A stretch of 64,000 nt of DNA from a virus, in IMG/VR virus record IMGVR_UViG_3300022752_004319, positions 1-64,000 of that record; one strand, written 5' to 3'. This document shows positions 18,957-29,307 of this stretch, in pieces. Below the pieces are notes generated by a model. The model did no database searches. It saw only the letters and a list, made by a program, of their open reading frames with translations, and had not been told where the DNA came from. The position numbers and the translations under genes were made by a program. Positions within the stretch are counted from its first letter, which is position 1. Each line of letters begins with the position of its first letter.

Positions 18957-21107
18957 TTATAAATTTAAACCATAAGATGTATAAGGTGGTGTTCCGTTTA
19001 CAATAAGTCCAACAGATGGTGGTGAAATATTAAATATTTTAGTATACGAATTAGTATATCTTTCTTTTTCTATTCCTTGATTTGCACTGAAAAACGATTG
19101 TAATGTGAGATTCGGTTGTCCGTCAGGCATCGGACCTGTTGGAATTCCAAACCTTTGAAATTCTTTAATTATATTTAAATTAGCTCTAGTTTCAGAAAAC
19201 CCTGTTCTAAATCTTGCTAATGGTAACAAAATTGATGGAATATCCAATTTTGAACCAGTTAATGCTACATTTATAATGTCTCTAATCTCATCTAAAATAC
19301 TCTGACATCTTCGGTAATCACCAATAAGTTTTATAATTAAACCACTAATTGTTAATAACTGTAGAATTATAGCAATTTTTTTTGTTTGTACATTTTTCTT
19401 TAACTGCAAAATTATTGTTCTCAATAATAAAATTATTTCTTTTTTTACTTCATCTACAAGTATTTTGATAAATTTTGCCATTACCCTTGATGAAAAATTA
19501 ATAAATAATTTTCTGAAAAAAATTGAAAAATCCAAACTATTTTTCAAATTGTATAATATATCCCTATACTTACTTGTAGTAGCGGCAAACATAATATAAA
19601 AACCAATTAAAATTTTTGGAGAAAGAATAGAGGCAAACATTGCTTTTGGAATTGCTTTGAGTAATTCTGTATCAACTGCTAATTTTAATTGTAGAGATGG
19701 TATTAATATATTTGGTGACAAATTTGATTTTAAGTTACTTACAAAAGTACTTTGAATTTCTTGGAATACTTGTAGTATTTCGTCAGATGTTGTAGCACTC
19801 AAAACATTTGATATTTGTGATATAATTTGTTCGTTGTTGACAGGTAATTTTATATTGTCACAATCTTCAAATTCGACAACACCATTACCAATATTATCGA
19901 TAATATTGTCAATATTACGTAAATCTATTTCAGTAAATTCATAAAAAGAAGTGTCAACATCTTGAGTAGGAGAAACTTTAGATACACCAGATACATCAAT
20001 TTCTTGTCGATTATCAAAACAAAGACCAAGAACTCTTTCAATCAGTAATTGAAATTTGGTTTTAACTTCCAATTGTTTAGATGATAGATTTGCTTGTACA
20101 CTTACTGCACCACAAAGTAAATCAAAAATTTGTCCGAATAAATTTTGAAGATTTACAATTTCTAAAGTTCCATAGTAGTCGGTTAAAAATTGTGAGACTA
20201 TGTTTTTATTATCTAGTCTATTTACCAAATCAACTTTGTAGAATTCACCAACATTTCCTCGATCATCTGATAAAACAAATTCAATATTAAATAATGATTG
20301 GTTTGATACTCCACGATATACGTTTCCTTTTTTTGTTGAGTAAGGCACACCAACATCTTGGGTTAATGAATGTAATTCTTTATTAAATGGAATTGTCCCG
20401 TTAGCTTGAATGTTCCAAGTCGTACCAGTTTCGTAAAAAATTTTACCGATATTAGTACTAGGACTTGTTTGTAAGATATTATAAAAATCTAACGATTGTA
20501 TAGGAATATAAATTGAACCAGTTCTTGATCCTGTTGGGTTTGTTATAGAAGGTAGGACATTTTGAAGGTCATTAGCTAAATAAGTTTGTTCTTGAGAACA
20601 ACCCAATTGGTTAATTGTTTCTTCAACTAACAATTCAGGTAATTCTGATCTTATTCGATTGAATGCTTTTACAAAAATAATAATAAGGTACTGTAATTTA
20701 CTATCTACATTTGGAGCGTTTCCGAGTTTTTGATTAATGGCTGAATTAATTCTAGTAATGTTAGAATTAATCAGTGTAGTTCCAGAGCCAATTAAATCAT
20801 TTGTTTTAGTCACTAAGTCTGGAATTGGGATATTTTCAATAGCCGCAAAATTTGGTTTAACTTTTGGTGGTAACTTTGTTAAAAGTTCTATTAGTTGTTC
20901 TAAATTATTTTTAACTTTTCTTTGGTATTCTTTTTTTTGATCTTGGAATTTTTTAATCTGTTGTACAAGTTTTTTTGCACTGACTTCGGTGTTAACTTCC
21001 CTTTTTTTTATAATTTCTTTTTGTTTTTCCTGAACTTCATTAAATTCAGTAATAGCCTCAACTTCACCGTTAAGTTCTGACCATTGTTCATCATAAGGAC
21101 CACCCAT
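18957..21107 (-). CDS. Hypothetical putative baseplate/tail-associated protein (716 aa)
   Basis: Long ORF co-oriented with and upstream of the spike gene. Confidence 0.6.
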   Translation of the reverse strand: MGGPYDEQWSELNGEVEAITEFNEVQEKQKEIIKKREVNTEVSAKKLVQQIKKFQDQKKEYQRKVKNNLEQLIELLTKLPPKVKPNFAAIENIPIPDLVTKTNDLIGSGTTLINSNITRINSAINQKLGNAPNVDSKLQYLIIIFVKAFNRIRSELPELLVEETINQLGCSQEQTYLANDLQNVLPSITNPTGSRTGSIYIPIQSLDFYNILQTSPSTNIGKIFYETGTTWNIQANGTIPFNKELHSLTQDVGVPYSTKKGNVYRGVSNQSLFNIEFVLSDDRGNVGEFYKVDLVNRLDNKNIVSQFLTDYYGTLEIVNLQNLFGQIFDLLCGAVSVQANLSSKQLEVKTKFQLLIERVLGLCFDNRQEIDVSGVSKVSPTQDVDTSFYEFTEIDLRNIDNIIDNIGNGVVEFEDCDNIKLPVNNEQIISQISNVLSATTSDEILQVFQEIQSTFVSNLKSNLSPNILIPSLQLKLAVDTELLKAIPKAMFASILSPKILIGFYIMFAATTSKYRDILYNLKNSLDFSIFFRKLFINFSSRVMAKFIKILVDEVKKEIILLLRTIILQLKKNVQTKKIAIILQLLTISGLIIKLIGDYRRCQSILDEIRDIINVALTGSKLDIPSILLPLARFRTGFSETRANLNIIKEFQRFGIPTGPMPDGQPNLTLQSFFSANQGIEKERYTNSYTKIFNISPPSVGLIVNGTPPYTSYGLNL

Positions 21108-21108
21108 A

Positions 21109-21480
21109 TTATTTACTCATTTTGTACTTGTTGTCATCTAAAGTTTCAACATCTTTCATAATTAATGATTGTAACATATCCTCATCGATGTCCGTTAAAG
21201 ACATATCAGATTGATGATTTTGAGATTTTTCCCAAATTGTAGATTGGAGTTTGGCCAACGTAAGTTTTTTTTCAACAACGTCATTTATGATTTTTTGTTG
21301 TTTTTCCAACACAGGGCCGATATTCTGCATATCATCAGGCTCTTTTAAAAAAGACAACATTTTATTTTGAACTCTTATTGCTGTAGTTCTTTGTTCTACT
21401 AACTCGTTGTATATTTCTTGCATTAAAGCAAGAATTGAGTCCTTGGATAAATTGATTTCTTTTCTTCTAGGTGTTGCCAT
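21109..21480 (-). CDS. Hypothetical coiled-coil protein (123 aa)
   Basis: TATTTAT at 21485-21491 upstream. Confidence 0.7.
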   Translation of the reverse strand: MATPRRKEINLSKDSILALMQEIYNELVEQRTTAIRVQNKMLSFLKEPDDMQNIGPVLEKQQKIINDVVEKKLTLAKLQSTIWEKSQNHQSDMSLTDIDEDMLQSLIMKDVETLDDNKYKMSK

Positions 21481-21506
21481 ATCAATAAATAGTTAAAATA
21501 CGATAA

Positions 21507-22232
21507 TTATTCGATAAGTTTATTCAAAACACTTACATACAATTTTTTAAATTTTTTCATAGATGATCTTATTTCTTTGGTATTCAAATTTGTCATCTCT
21601 CTTATTGAAAGTAATATGATATTTTTATTGTACTTATTATTTTCTGTACCTTCGAAATTCGTTTTATAATTTTCAAATAATTCCAAAAGGGAGATACCCA
21701 GTTTTATTTCGTTATCAGATAAATTTTGTTCCTCTAAATATATTTTAAGATCAGAAATAAAAACTTGAATTATATCATCGGCTTCGGTTTTTTCATTTTC
21801 CAAGTAATAGACCATATCAGGTCGATTTTCTAAAGTAGATGATATATCTTCATATGAAATGTTTCGATTTGTATCTTTTTGGTCTTTGATAATTTGACCC
21901 ATAAGATAATTTTTACAAATCGTACCGAAATAGGAGTAGGCTTTTTTGTTTTTGGCTGGTTTAAATTTTTCTACTTTTGTCATCAAAAACCCATGAGTAT
22001 CATGATGAATTTCGTGGAAATCCATATCTTTACGATACAACTTATACCTCCTAATAATAGAAGATATCATTTTATCTAAAGGAGCTTTTAAATAGGTATT
22101 ATAGATTTCATTTCTTTCTTCAGCAGAATCAGTTGCAAGAAATCTTAAAACCGCATCTTCTTCTCTTTGATCAAAATAGTTTTCTTTGGATACCTTTTTT
22201 CTTTCCTTTTTTTGTTCGTTTTCGATGGACAT
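21507..22232 (-). CDS. Putative phage sigma factor (T4 gp55-like late sigma)
   Basis: KFKPAKNKKAYSYFGTICKNYL resembles sigma region 2 of gp55-type factors (FDPxK..AxxYFTxI); HTH-like C-terminus. Confidence 0.55.
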   Translation of the reverse strand: MSIENEQKKERKKVSKENYFDQREEDAVLRFLATDSAEERNEIYNTYLKAPLDKMISSIIRRYKLYRKDMDFHEIHHDTHGFLMTKVEKFKPAKNKKAYSYFGTICKNYLMGQIIKDQKDTNRNISYEDISSTLENRPDMVYYLENEKTEADDIIQVFISDLKIYLEEQNLSDNEIKLGISLLELFENYKTNFEGTENNKYNKNIILLSIREMTNLNTKEIRSSMKKFKKLYVSVLNKLIE

Positions 22233-23047
22233 TAAACCATTTGTGGCTCAAATTTTATGTTTCTGTCATCTTTAAAGTAAAACTCTTTCTTTGCACAACC
22301 GATCCAAAATTTAATTTCATCTTCAGTCATTATAGAGGATCCATTCTTGTAGTTCCAAAATATGGAACCTTCCCTCATCGTTGTGTGTTTGTAACCAATT
22401 CTAGGAATAGTCATTATTTTGGCTGTGTTATATGTCATCCTTAACAAGAACTCATAAACAAATGTCAATCTCATAGATGGTTTGAACCCTCCGTACTCTA
22501 GAATACTCGACTTTTTAACTACACACCCAGACGTTTGAAAATTTTGGTATTGTAATAAAGTTTCATTTGATAAATACCCAATTTCTTGAGAGAAATTTGC
22601 TGCAAAAGTCGCCTCATTTGTAAAACCAAGAAATACACCCTTATCATCAACATCAACTACGATGGGTAAAAACACATCTACCTCAGGGTAAAAATTAATA
22701 TATTTCTGAACGTTTCTGAACCATACATTAGAATATTCATCATCGAATTCAAAAAAACTTACATAAGTTGATTGTGCATTTTCAACGCCATAATTAAGTT
22801 GGGATTGAAAATTTGGCTCCTTAGTGTACGGTAACAATTTGACATTCAAATTTTCAAAATTGTAATTTTTTAATTTTTCAACCAAAGTTTCTTCTTCAGT
22901 ATGAACAATAATTATTTCATTGAGGGTTACGTCTTGAATTTGGAGGGATTTGATTGCCTTATCAAAGTATTCGTCAAAATCTCTAACTATTCCTGATTTT
23001 ATCGGTAATATTATAGTTATGTCTAAACTTTCCATTTTAGTTTTCAT
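22232..23047 (-). CDS. Glycosyltransferase family 2-like
   Basis: ITIILP, LNYGVE, YVSFFEFDD (DXD-like). Confidence 0.75.
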   Translation of the reverse strand: MKTKMESLDITIILPIKSGIVRDFDEYFDKAIKSLQIQDVTLNEIIIVHTEEETLVEKLKNYNFENLNVKLLPYTKEPNFQSQLNYGVENAQSTYVSFFEFDDEYSNVWFRNVQKYINFYPEVDVFLPIVVDVDDKGVFLGFTNEATFAANFSQEIGYLSNETLLQYQNFQTSGCVVKKSSILEYGGFKPSMRLTFVYEFLLRMTYNTAKIMTIPRIGYKHTTMREGSIFWNYKNGSSIMTEDEIKFWIGCAKKEFYFKDDRNIKFEPQMV

Positions 23048-24092
23048 TTAATTGGTTTAATTGTTGAAAGAAAAATTCCTTTCTTTTAAGTTGAAATTCG
23101 TTGAAAATTTTACTTACTTCTGTATCAAAACTTTCTGTCATTCTATAATTGTTAGCGGTAACTTCTCCTTCACTGTATAATGTTGGGAGTACGCTATCCT
23201 CTAACCATGTTTGAGCAAAGTCAGCAATCACATCAACAATTTGTAATGTATTTTCTACCCAGACACCATTATTTTCATTCATCCACTCAGGTTTTAAACT
23301 TGGAATTTTACCAATTACAGGTATCCCAGACGCCATACACTCAATAGGGAAAGTACCAAATGATGATGTTGGATCTAACCAAACACCTAAGAAAGCATCT
23401 TTCATTGCATTTGAAAATTCTTCTTCACTCAATCCTCTGAGATCTCTGAAAGTAAAAAACCTGAATTGTGGATATTTGAGGTAAAAACTTTTGATTAAAT
23501 TGAGACCATCACGCTGTTCTCTAGAGTGAACCAATATGATCGGTTTTGGTGGATGAGTTTGTTTAACAAAACAGTCTGAAATTGTCGGTCTCAGAATATC
23601 AAAAGATGTATTTCTCATAATTTTGGAAATCTCATCTCTTTGTGTTTCTGAAGTCGCAATACACTTATAAAAACCGTATTGTTGCCAAGTAGCTCCAGGA
23701 GTCAATGTTTCTAGAACATGGTCATATGCTTGACAGAGTACAATCTTACCACAAGGTAAATTTTTTACTTGTTCCATAACAAACCCAAAAATTTCAGGTA
23801 TAACTAAAATATCCTCAGGAGCAATTTGTAAATTTGTACCTTCAATAACTTGAAATTCTAAACCTTCGTATTTTCTGAATGACCAACTATCGATCGGTGT
23901 GTAGTCAGATTTTTCATACAACATAACTACCTTATAACCCTCTTTGGTTAGAGAATTGGCAATGTCGTAAATGAATCTGATGGATGCCTTAGCATTTCCT
24001 TTTGTGTCTTGGACAAAAAAATATATTTTGTTCGACTTGGTGTCTATATTGTAAAGAGACCTTTGTAGATTTTGTTTTAAATCTTCACTCAT
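23037..24092 (-). CDS. GT-B (GT4-like) glycosyltransferase
   Basis: SSFGTFPIECMASGIPVIG. Confidence 0.75.
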   Translation of the reverse strand: MSEDLKQNLQRSLYNIDTKSNKIYFFVQDTKGNAKASIRFIYDIANSLTKEGYKVVMLYEKSDYTPIDSWSFRKYEGLEFQVIEGTNLQIAPEDILVIPEIFGFVMEQVKNLPCGKIVLCQAYDHVLETLTPGATWQQYGFYKCIATSETQRDEISKIMRNTSFDILRPTISDCFVKQTHPPKPIILVHSREQRDGLNLIKSFYLKYPQFRFFTFRDLRGLSEEEFSNAMKDAFLGVWLDPTSSFGTFPIECMASGIPVIGKIPSLKPEWMNENNGVWVENTLQIVDVIADFAQTWLEDSVLPTLYSEGEVTANNYRMTESFDTEVSKIFNEFQLKRKEFFFQQLNQLNEN

Positions 24093-24094
24093 TT

Positions 24095-24361
24095 TTAAAG
24101 TTTTTGTATAAATTTATTGAATAACATTGTGTTCCAAGCTAATCGAAATGAAACACTTAAATCTTGTGATTTACTGACCATTTTTTCATCGATTGGTTGC
24201 ATTTCAGAAAAAACAACTTCAGTTAATGTTTTTATAACTTCGTATTTTATAACCGAAATATGTTGACTTTCACCAGTTCCTGAAAACTCAGGGCGATCGA
24301 CGAAAGAATCAATCGCATTAATGTTTAAATAGTATTTTTCACCTAAAACGTCTAACATCAT
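24095..24361 (-). CDS. Hypothetical protein (88 aa)
   Basis: Coupled ORF within operon. Confidence 0.65.
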   Translation of the reverse strand: MMLDVLGEKYYLNINAIDSFVDRPEFSGTGESQHISVIKYEVIKTLTEVVFSEMQPIDEKMVSKSQDLSVSFRLAWNTMLFNKFIQKL

Positions 24362-24954
24362 ATTAAATTTTTAATGTAATCATTTAATTCACCAATAGAA
24401 TTTATAGTAATATTGGTTTTTATTTCTGAATTATAGGGTTTTTCGAATTTAATTAAAGTTTTATTTTTATTTATTTGTAATAATTCAGGTTCTGCCGTAA
24501 CTAAAATATCAAATTCTTTCCAGATTTTTCTTTTATTCTTATGATTATAGAAAATTATTTTTTCAATTTCACATCCAAACTTGGATATAAAAAACAGAGT
24601 TGCTGGTTTACTTTTACCAACCTGTTTGGAAATTAATAAAAACTCAACTTCACCAAAATACTCCCTGTAAATTTCGTTTAAAATATGAAAAGTGCTCATC
24701 TCTGTCGATGGTGCATGTCCAAAAATTTGCATAGCAAATTCGTTATACATAAAGTTGTAATACTCTTCATCATTCTTAAAATTGAAATGATTTTTATAGT
24801 TAGATGTATTGTATGGCTTATAGATTTCAAATTTAAAATCTTCGTCAACTAGTTCTAATTCATCTATAAAAAATTTCTGATAAATCTGTTCTATCTTTTC
24901 AAAAGTATCCCTCAGAACACCTTCAATATCAATTGCTATTCGAAATTTTGGCAT
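24358..24954 (-). CDS. HAD-fold 5'(3')-deoxyribonucleotidase-like protein, degenerate motifs
   Basis: Start re-placed at MPKFRIAIDIEGVLRD; PYN motif near C-terminus. Confidence 0.6.
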   Translation of the reverse strand: MPKFRIAIDIEGVLRDTFEKIEQIYQKFFIDELELVDEDFKFEIYKPYNTSNYKNHFNFKNDEEYYNFMYNEFAMQIFGHAPSTEMSTFHILNEIYREYFGEVEFLLISKQVGKSKPATLFFISKFGCEIEKIIFYNHKNKRKIWKEFDILVTAEPELLQINKNKTLIKFEKPYNSEIKTNITINSIGELNDYIKNLI

Positions 24955-26065
24955 ATGTTTTTTTTTGTTGAACCATTTTGTTAATCCATTCGTATGTTTT
25001 TTCCATACCTTCTTTGAGTGACATTGTACTTTCCCACCCAACTTTTTCTTTGTATAGTTTATTGTCGGAGTTTCTACCTCTGACCCCAGTTGGGCATTTG
25101 AATCCGTATTTATTTATAAACTCATCACCATCAATATTAGTAATTTTGATATTCTTACCAGATATATTGATTGCAAGTTGCGCCAATTCATTGATTGAAA
25201 TCATTTCCTCCGATCCAATGTTCACTGGCCCTGTAAAATCACTTTCCATTAATCTTAAAACTGCCTCAACACATTCCTCAACATACATAAATGATCGTGT
25301 TTGTTTACCATCACCCCAAACTTCGATTTCATAATCAGGTCTTGATTGTCCTTCGATTTTGATTACATCATCGATTTCTGCTACTTTTCTACACATTGCT
25401 GCTGGTGATTTTTCTTTACCACCAATCCAAGTGCCTTGTGGGCCAAAAATGTTATGAAATCTTGCAATTCTAACATTGAGGCCATAGTTTCGAGAAAATG
25501 CTAGATATAAACGTTCAGAAAAAAGTTTTTCCCAACCATAATCCGAATCTGGATTTGCTGGATATGCTGACGATTCTTCACAGTTTGGGTTATCTGGATC
25601 TAGTTGATTGTGTTCAGGATACATACAAGCTGAAGAAGAGTAAAATACTTTACCTACCTTTGTTTTGACAGCTTCATGAGCAACATTAAGATTTATTGTT
25701 GCAGAATTGTGCATTACGTCTGCATCGTGATTACCTGTAAAAATGTATCCAGCACCACCCATATCTGCAGCAAGTTGGTAGACCTCATCAAAACCTTGAG
25801 TTCTTGATAAAAGTTGTTTGATGTATTTGAACGGTTGAGGATAACCACCGTTATTGACTTCTAACCTCATTATTGCTTCTACATTGTGAGGATCTCTCAA
25901 ATCATAAGTTAGAAATTCATCACATATTTCATTCTCAGGAAAGTATTCGTGACGTTTCAAATCAACCACTCGTACATAATGTCCTTCCGACTTTAATCTT
26001 TTTGCTAGATGTCCTCCGATGAAACCTCCTCCACCAAGAACTAAAATGTTTTTAAATTTTTTCAT
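24929..26065 (-). CDS. NAD-dependent epimerase, GDP-mannose 3,5-epimerase-like
   Basis: GGGGFIGGHL, LAADMGGAGYI, YSSSACMYP, YGWEK, GGKEKSPAAMCRK, GVRGRNSDN. Confidence 0.85.
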   Translation of the reverse strand: MKKFKNILVLGGGGFIGGHLAKRLKSEGHYVRVVDLKRHEYFPENEICDEFLTYDLRDPHNVEAIMRLEVNNGGYPQPFKYIKQLLSRTQGFDEVYQLAADMGGAGYIFTGNHDADVMHNSATINLNVAHEAVKTKVGKVFYSSSACMYPEHNQLDPDNPNCEESSAYPANPDSDYGWEKLFSERLYLAFSRNYGLNVRIARFHNIFGPQGTWIGGKEKSPAAMCRKVAEIDDVIKIEGQSRPDYEIEVWGDGKQTRSFMYVEECVEAVLRLMESDFTGPVNIGSEEMISINELAQLAINISGKNIKITNIDGDEFINKYGFKCPTGVRGRNSDNKLYKEKVGWESTMSLKEGMEKTYEWINKMVQQKKTYAKISNSN

Positions 26066-27143
26066 GTGTTGTTATTTCGTTCAAAATCATTTCATTTATT
26101 AAATCGTATAATTTTATTGTAATACCTGGCCATTCAGGATAATCATTTTTAAACTTACTAAAATTTGTAACATAGTAAATGTGATCCCCTATTCTATTAT
26201 CAGAAATCAATTCATATTTATCCCAAATTTTCCAATTTTTCAATTTTTTTGAACATATTTCATTTACAAGGTTTATTGTTTCCAGAATTGAGATGGAGTT
26301 TTCTGAACCACCACCAGCGTTATAAACTTGACCTACTTTGGGGTTAAGATGAAAATACCAAAACATATTTACCAAATCATAGGAATGAATGTTATCTCTG
26401 ACTTGTTTTCCTTTATAACCGTATATTCTATATTCTTTGTTATTTACAATACATTTTATTAAATAAGACAAGAACCCATGTAATTCCGTACTTGCGTGGT
26501 TTGGGCCAGTTAGACACCCCCCTCTAAAACAAACAGTATTGATACCAAAATATTTACCATATTCTTGAACCAATAAGTCTGCAGACAACTTTGAGACTCC
26601 GAAAAGTGAATGAAGACAAGTATCTACTGATAAGGTTTCATCAATACTATTCCCATACAAAGGATCTTGAAGTGTGTATCTTGTTTCGGTTTCGATTATA
26701 TTCAATTTGTTGGGATTATCACCATATACTTTGTTTGTTGATGTAAATATGAAAGATGATTTTGGACAATAAAGTCTAGTAAGTTCTAGTAAATTGAGTG
26801 TACCTAGAGCATTCACTTCAAAGTCGGTGATTGGTTCTTTTGCCGCCCAGTCATGTGATGGTTGTGCTGCAGTGTGAATTATTATTTCTATTTGTGAGTT
26901 AAATTTTTCGAAAATAGTTCTCAAACTTTCATAATTTCGTATATCAATATCGTTAAAAAAAAAGTTATCAGGATAAAGATTTTTTAGAACCTCAGTGGTC
27001 AATTCGGTTGTTGCCTCAGTTCCAAAAAAATAAGATCTCATATGGTTATCAATACCAACTACAAAATAACCTTTATTTATAAAAAATTTAGTTGCTTCAG
27101 ATCCTATCAAACCTGAACATCCTGTAATCAATGTAATTTTCAT
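26052..27143 (-). CDS. NAD-dependent epimerase, CDP-paratose/tyvelose 2-epimerase-like
   Basis: ITGCSGLIG, AAQPSHDWAA, STNKVYG, GKQVRDNIH, RIGDH. Confidence 0.8.
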   Translation of the reverse strand: MKITLITGCSGLIGSEATKFFINKGYFVVGIDNHMRSYFFGTEATTELTTEVLKNLYPDNFFFNDIDIRNYESLRTIFEKFNSQIEIIIHTAAQPSHDWAAKEPITDFEVNALGTLNLLELTRLYCPKSSFIFTSTNKVYGDNPNKLNIIETETRYTLQDPLYGNSIDETLSVDTCLHSLFGVSKLSADLLVQEYGKYFGINTVCFRGGCLTGPNHASTELHGFLSYLIKCIVNNKEYRIYGYKGKQVRDNIHSYDLVNMFWYFHLNPKVGQVYNAGGGSENSISILETINLVNEICSKKLKNWKIWDKYELISDNRIGDHIYYVTNFSKFKNDYPEWPGITIKLYDLINEMILNEITTHEKI

Positions 27144-27748
27144 TTTTTATTTTTTTTAAAGAAAAAATCTATACCTATGTTACTATGAAAATGATATCCT
27201 TTGGTTAAAAAAAACTCTTCGAATTTATATTCAAAAAAATTGTTTTCAACACAAATTAATTCAATATCATAATTTTCAAAATTAATTTGTTTCAAAATCT
27301 GTAATTCCGATCCTTCGGTATCTATTGACATAAAATCAATTTTTTTATTCATCACTATCGATTCAAATTTTAATGCGTCAATTTCTATAATTTCTGAAGT
27401 ACCACCATCTCGACGTAGTTCAAACTGAATTCTTTGATAATGTTTTGGATCGTATGATTCTTGAATACCACTCAACATTTCTGTAGGCCCTGTTAACGCC
27501 AAAAATTTTACTTTTGTGTTATGATCCCAGACAGCACAATTTACCGTTTTACAAGTCCTATTCTGTACTAATCTTTGAAAGACTTTGGGGTGTGGTTCAA
27601 TGCATATTCCATCCCATCCTAAATCCTCTAGCATTTTGGTATTGTTTATTGAAATTCCATCGTGAGCTCCGATATCAACAAAAAAACCATCAGTTTTATT
27701 GTTGAAAATATCTTTTAATTTTTGTTCAATTTGTTCTAAATGTGTCAT
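27140..27748 (-). CDS. FkbM-family methyltransferase
   Basis: FVDIGAHDG, GICIEP, SIDTEGSE. Confidence 0.88.
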   Translation of the reverse strand: MTHLEQIEQKLKDIFNNKTDGFFVDIGAHDGISINNTKMLEDLGWDGICIEPHPKVFQRLVQNRTCKTVNCAVWDHNTKVKFLALTGPTEMLSGIQESYDPKHYQRIQFELRRDGGTSEIIEIDALKFESIVMNKKIDFMSIDTEGSELQILKQINFENYDIELICVENNFFEYKFEEFFLTKGYHFHSNIGIDFFFKKNKK

Positions 27749-27753
27749 TTGAA

Positions 27754-28587
27754 TTAATTTACCATTGTATCTAAAATTGCATTAACTCTATCAGAATAAA
27801 ATGCATATCTTGTATTTGTTATATTATAATTTTCAATTACAGCTTCCAATCTTTTGAAATAATCATCCTCACTTAAATTATTAAGAATATGGTCTAATTC
27901 TTCTTTTGTCTCAAAAAATATAATTCCATCTGTATTGAAATAATCCCCAATATTTGGACAACCCCAGTAAATTGGAATTGTGTAAGACATAAAACAATCT
28001 ATAATTTTTTCACTTATGTAGTTTACATTTTTGGTGTTTTCGATTGCAATGTGAAACATTGAATTTTCGAATAGTTGATATTTTTTTTCCATTTCAATCG
28101 AAGGTGGAAAATAAAGTTCAAATCTTCTTGGTTTATTTATTATATCTCTAGTTTGATGTCTAAGTTGGTGTCCAAGTAAGTAGTTTTTGTTACTCATAAC
28201 ATGACTGAGTAAAAATTTCTTTTCAGTGGAAAAAATATTATGATATTCAGTTCTGTGGTTTGCTCTAGTTTTATCTTGTCTAGTTAATATCCAACAAGAT
28301 GCGTATAAAAATAATTCTGCGTTTTGACATTGAGATAAAACTTCTGGATATGATGTCAGTATTTTATCAAATTGATGGTGATGTCTGATTACTTCATCAC
28401 TTATGTTATTAATCTCTTTAGGTTCCATACCTTGAATCAATACCAATAAATCATATGATTTTCGATCGTTTGGTAGAACATATGTAAAATATTGAGGATT
28501 AGGGTCAATAATTAATTTAATTTTTTTGTTTGTGTCGCAAAAGAAAAAATCTCCGGGACATCCATGTGGTGAGTAAACAGGTAACAT
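27754..28587 (-). CDS. GT10 (alpha-1,3-fucosyltransferase)-like glycosyltransferase
   Basis: FHIAIEN...YISEKIIDCF...IPIYWG. Confidence 0.8.
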   Translation of the reverse strand: MLPVYSPHGCPGDFFFCDTNKKIKLIIDPNPQYFTYVLPNDRKSYDLLVLIQGMEPKEINNISDEVIRHHHQFDKILTSYPEVLSQCQNAELFLYASCWILTRQDKTRANHRTEYHNIFSTEKKFLLSHVMSNKNYLLGHQLRHQTRDIINKPRRFELYFPPSIEMEKKYQLFENSMFHIAIENTKNVNYISEKIIDCFMSYTIPIYWGCPNIGDYFNTDGIIFFETKEELDHILNNLSEDDYFKRLEAVIENYNITNTRYAFYSDRVNAILDTMVN

Positions 28588-28590
28588 ATC

Positions 28591-29304
28591 TTAAGTTGTT
28601 AATTTTATCCATTTAGATAATGGTGGGTGCCAAAATGGTAGATAATAAATTGAGTTCAAGTTCAATAATGCCGCAGTATAGCTGAATGAACCTTTAGACA
28701 TTATAAAATGATCAGAAAAAACCATATTTGAAAATGTTTCCTCAATCGGTTCGTTTAGGTGAAATTCTGTAAAATTATGATCAAAATTTTTGAAATCTGA
28801 AATGTCACCTTGTGAAAATATTTTGATTTTTTCAATATCTTTATTTCTATTCAAAACTAATTCAATACTTTTTAAGTAATAGTCGTCTTGTTCGTAGCCA
28901 TAACTACCTATATCAAATTTATTCGGTCTTCTAATATGAACCGTTAAAACATTATCATGTGTTTTATTTTTGTTTTCATAAAACAAGTCTTGTATTTTTC
29001 TGAATGAATTTGTTGTTACTAATAAATCTAATCTCTGTTCAACTTCCTTATAAATTTGTTGCAATGGTATAGTCAATATTTTTTTAGGATCAACCTCATT
29101 GATGTTTTTATAGTTGTTAATTATGTTGATGAATTTTTCTTTTTTTTGTAAAAAAGATTCATCATTATCATAATTGTGAGCCATAGTAGAAAATGGTCTA
29201 TAGACAAATTCTAAATTATAAAGTTCAGCATACAATATTGTAAACATAATTGTTTGATATTGAGCGCCAAAACCATCATCCCTTATTATATTAGTGATAT
29301 ACAT
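28591..29304 (-). CDS. GT11/GT23-like glycosyltransferase
   Basis: DGFGAQ, VHIRR, SKGSFSYTAALLN. Confidence 0.65.
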   Translation of the reverse strand: MYITNIIRDDGFGAQYQTIMFTILYAELYNLEFVYRPFSTMAHNYDNDESFLQKKEKFINIINNYKNINEVDPKKILTIPLQQIYKEVEQRLDLLVTTNSFRKIQDLFYENKNKTHDNVLTVHIRRPNKFDIGSYGYEQDDYYLKSIELVLNRNKDIEKIKIFSQGDISDFKNFDHNFTEFHLNEPIEETFSNMVFSDHFIMSKGSFSYTAALLNLNSIYYLPFWHPPLSKWIKLTT

Positions 29305-29307
29305 AGT

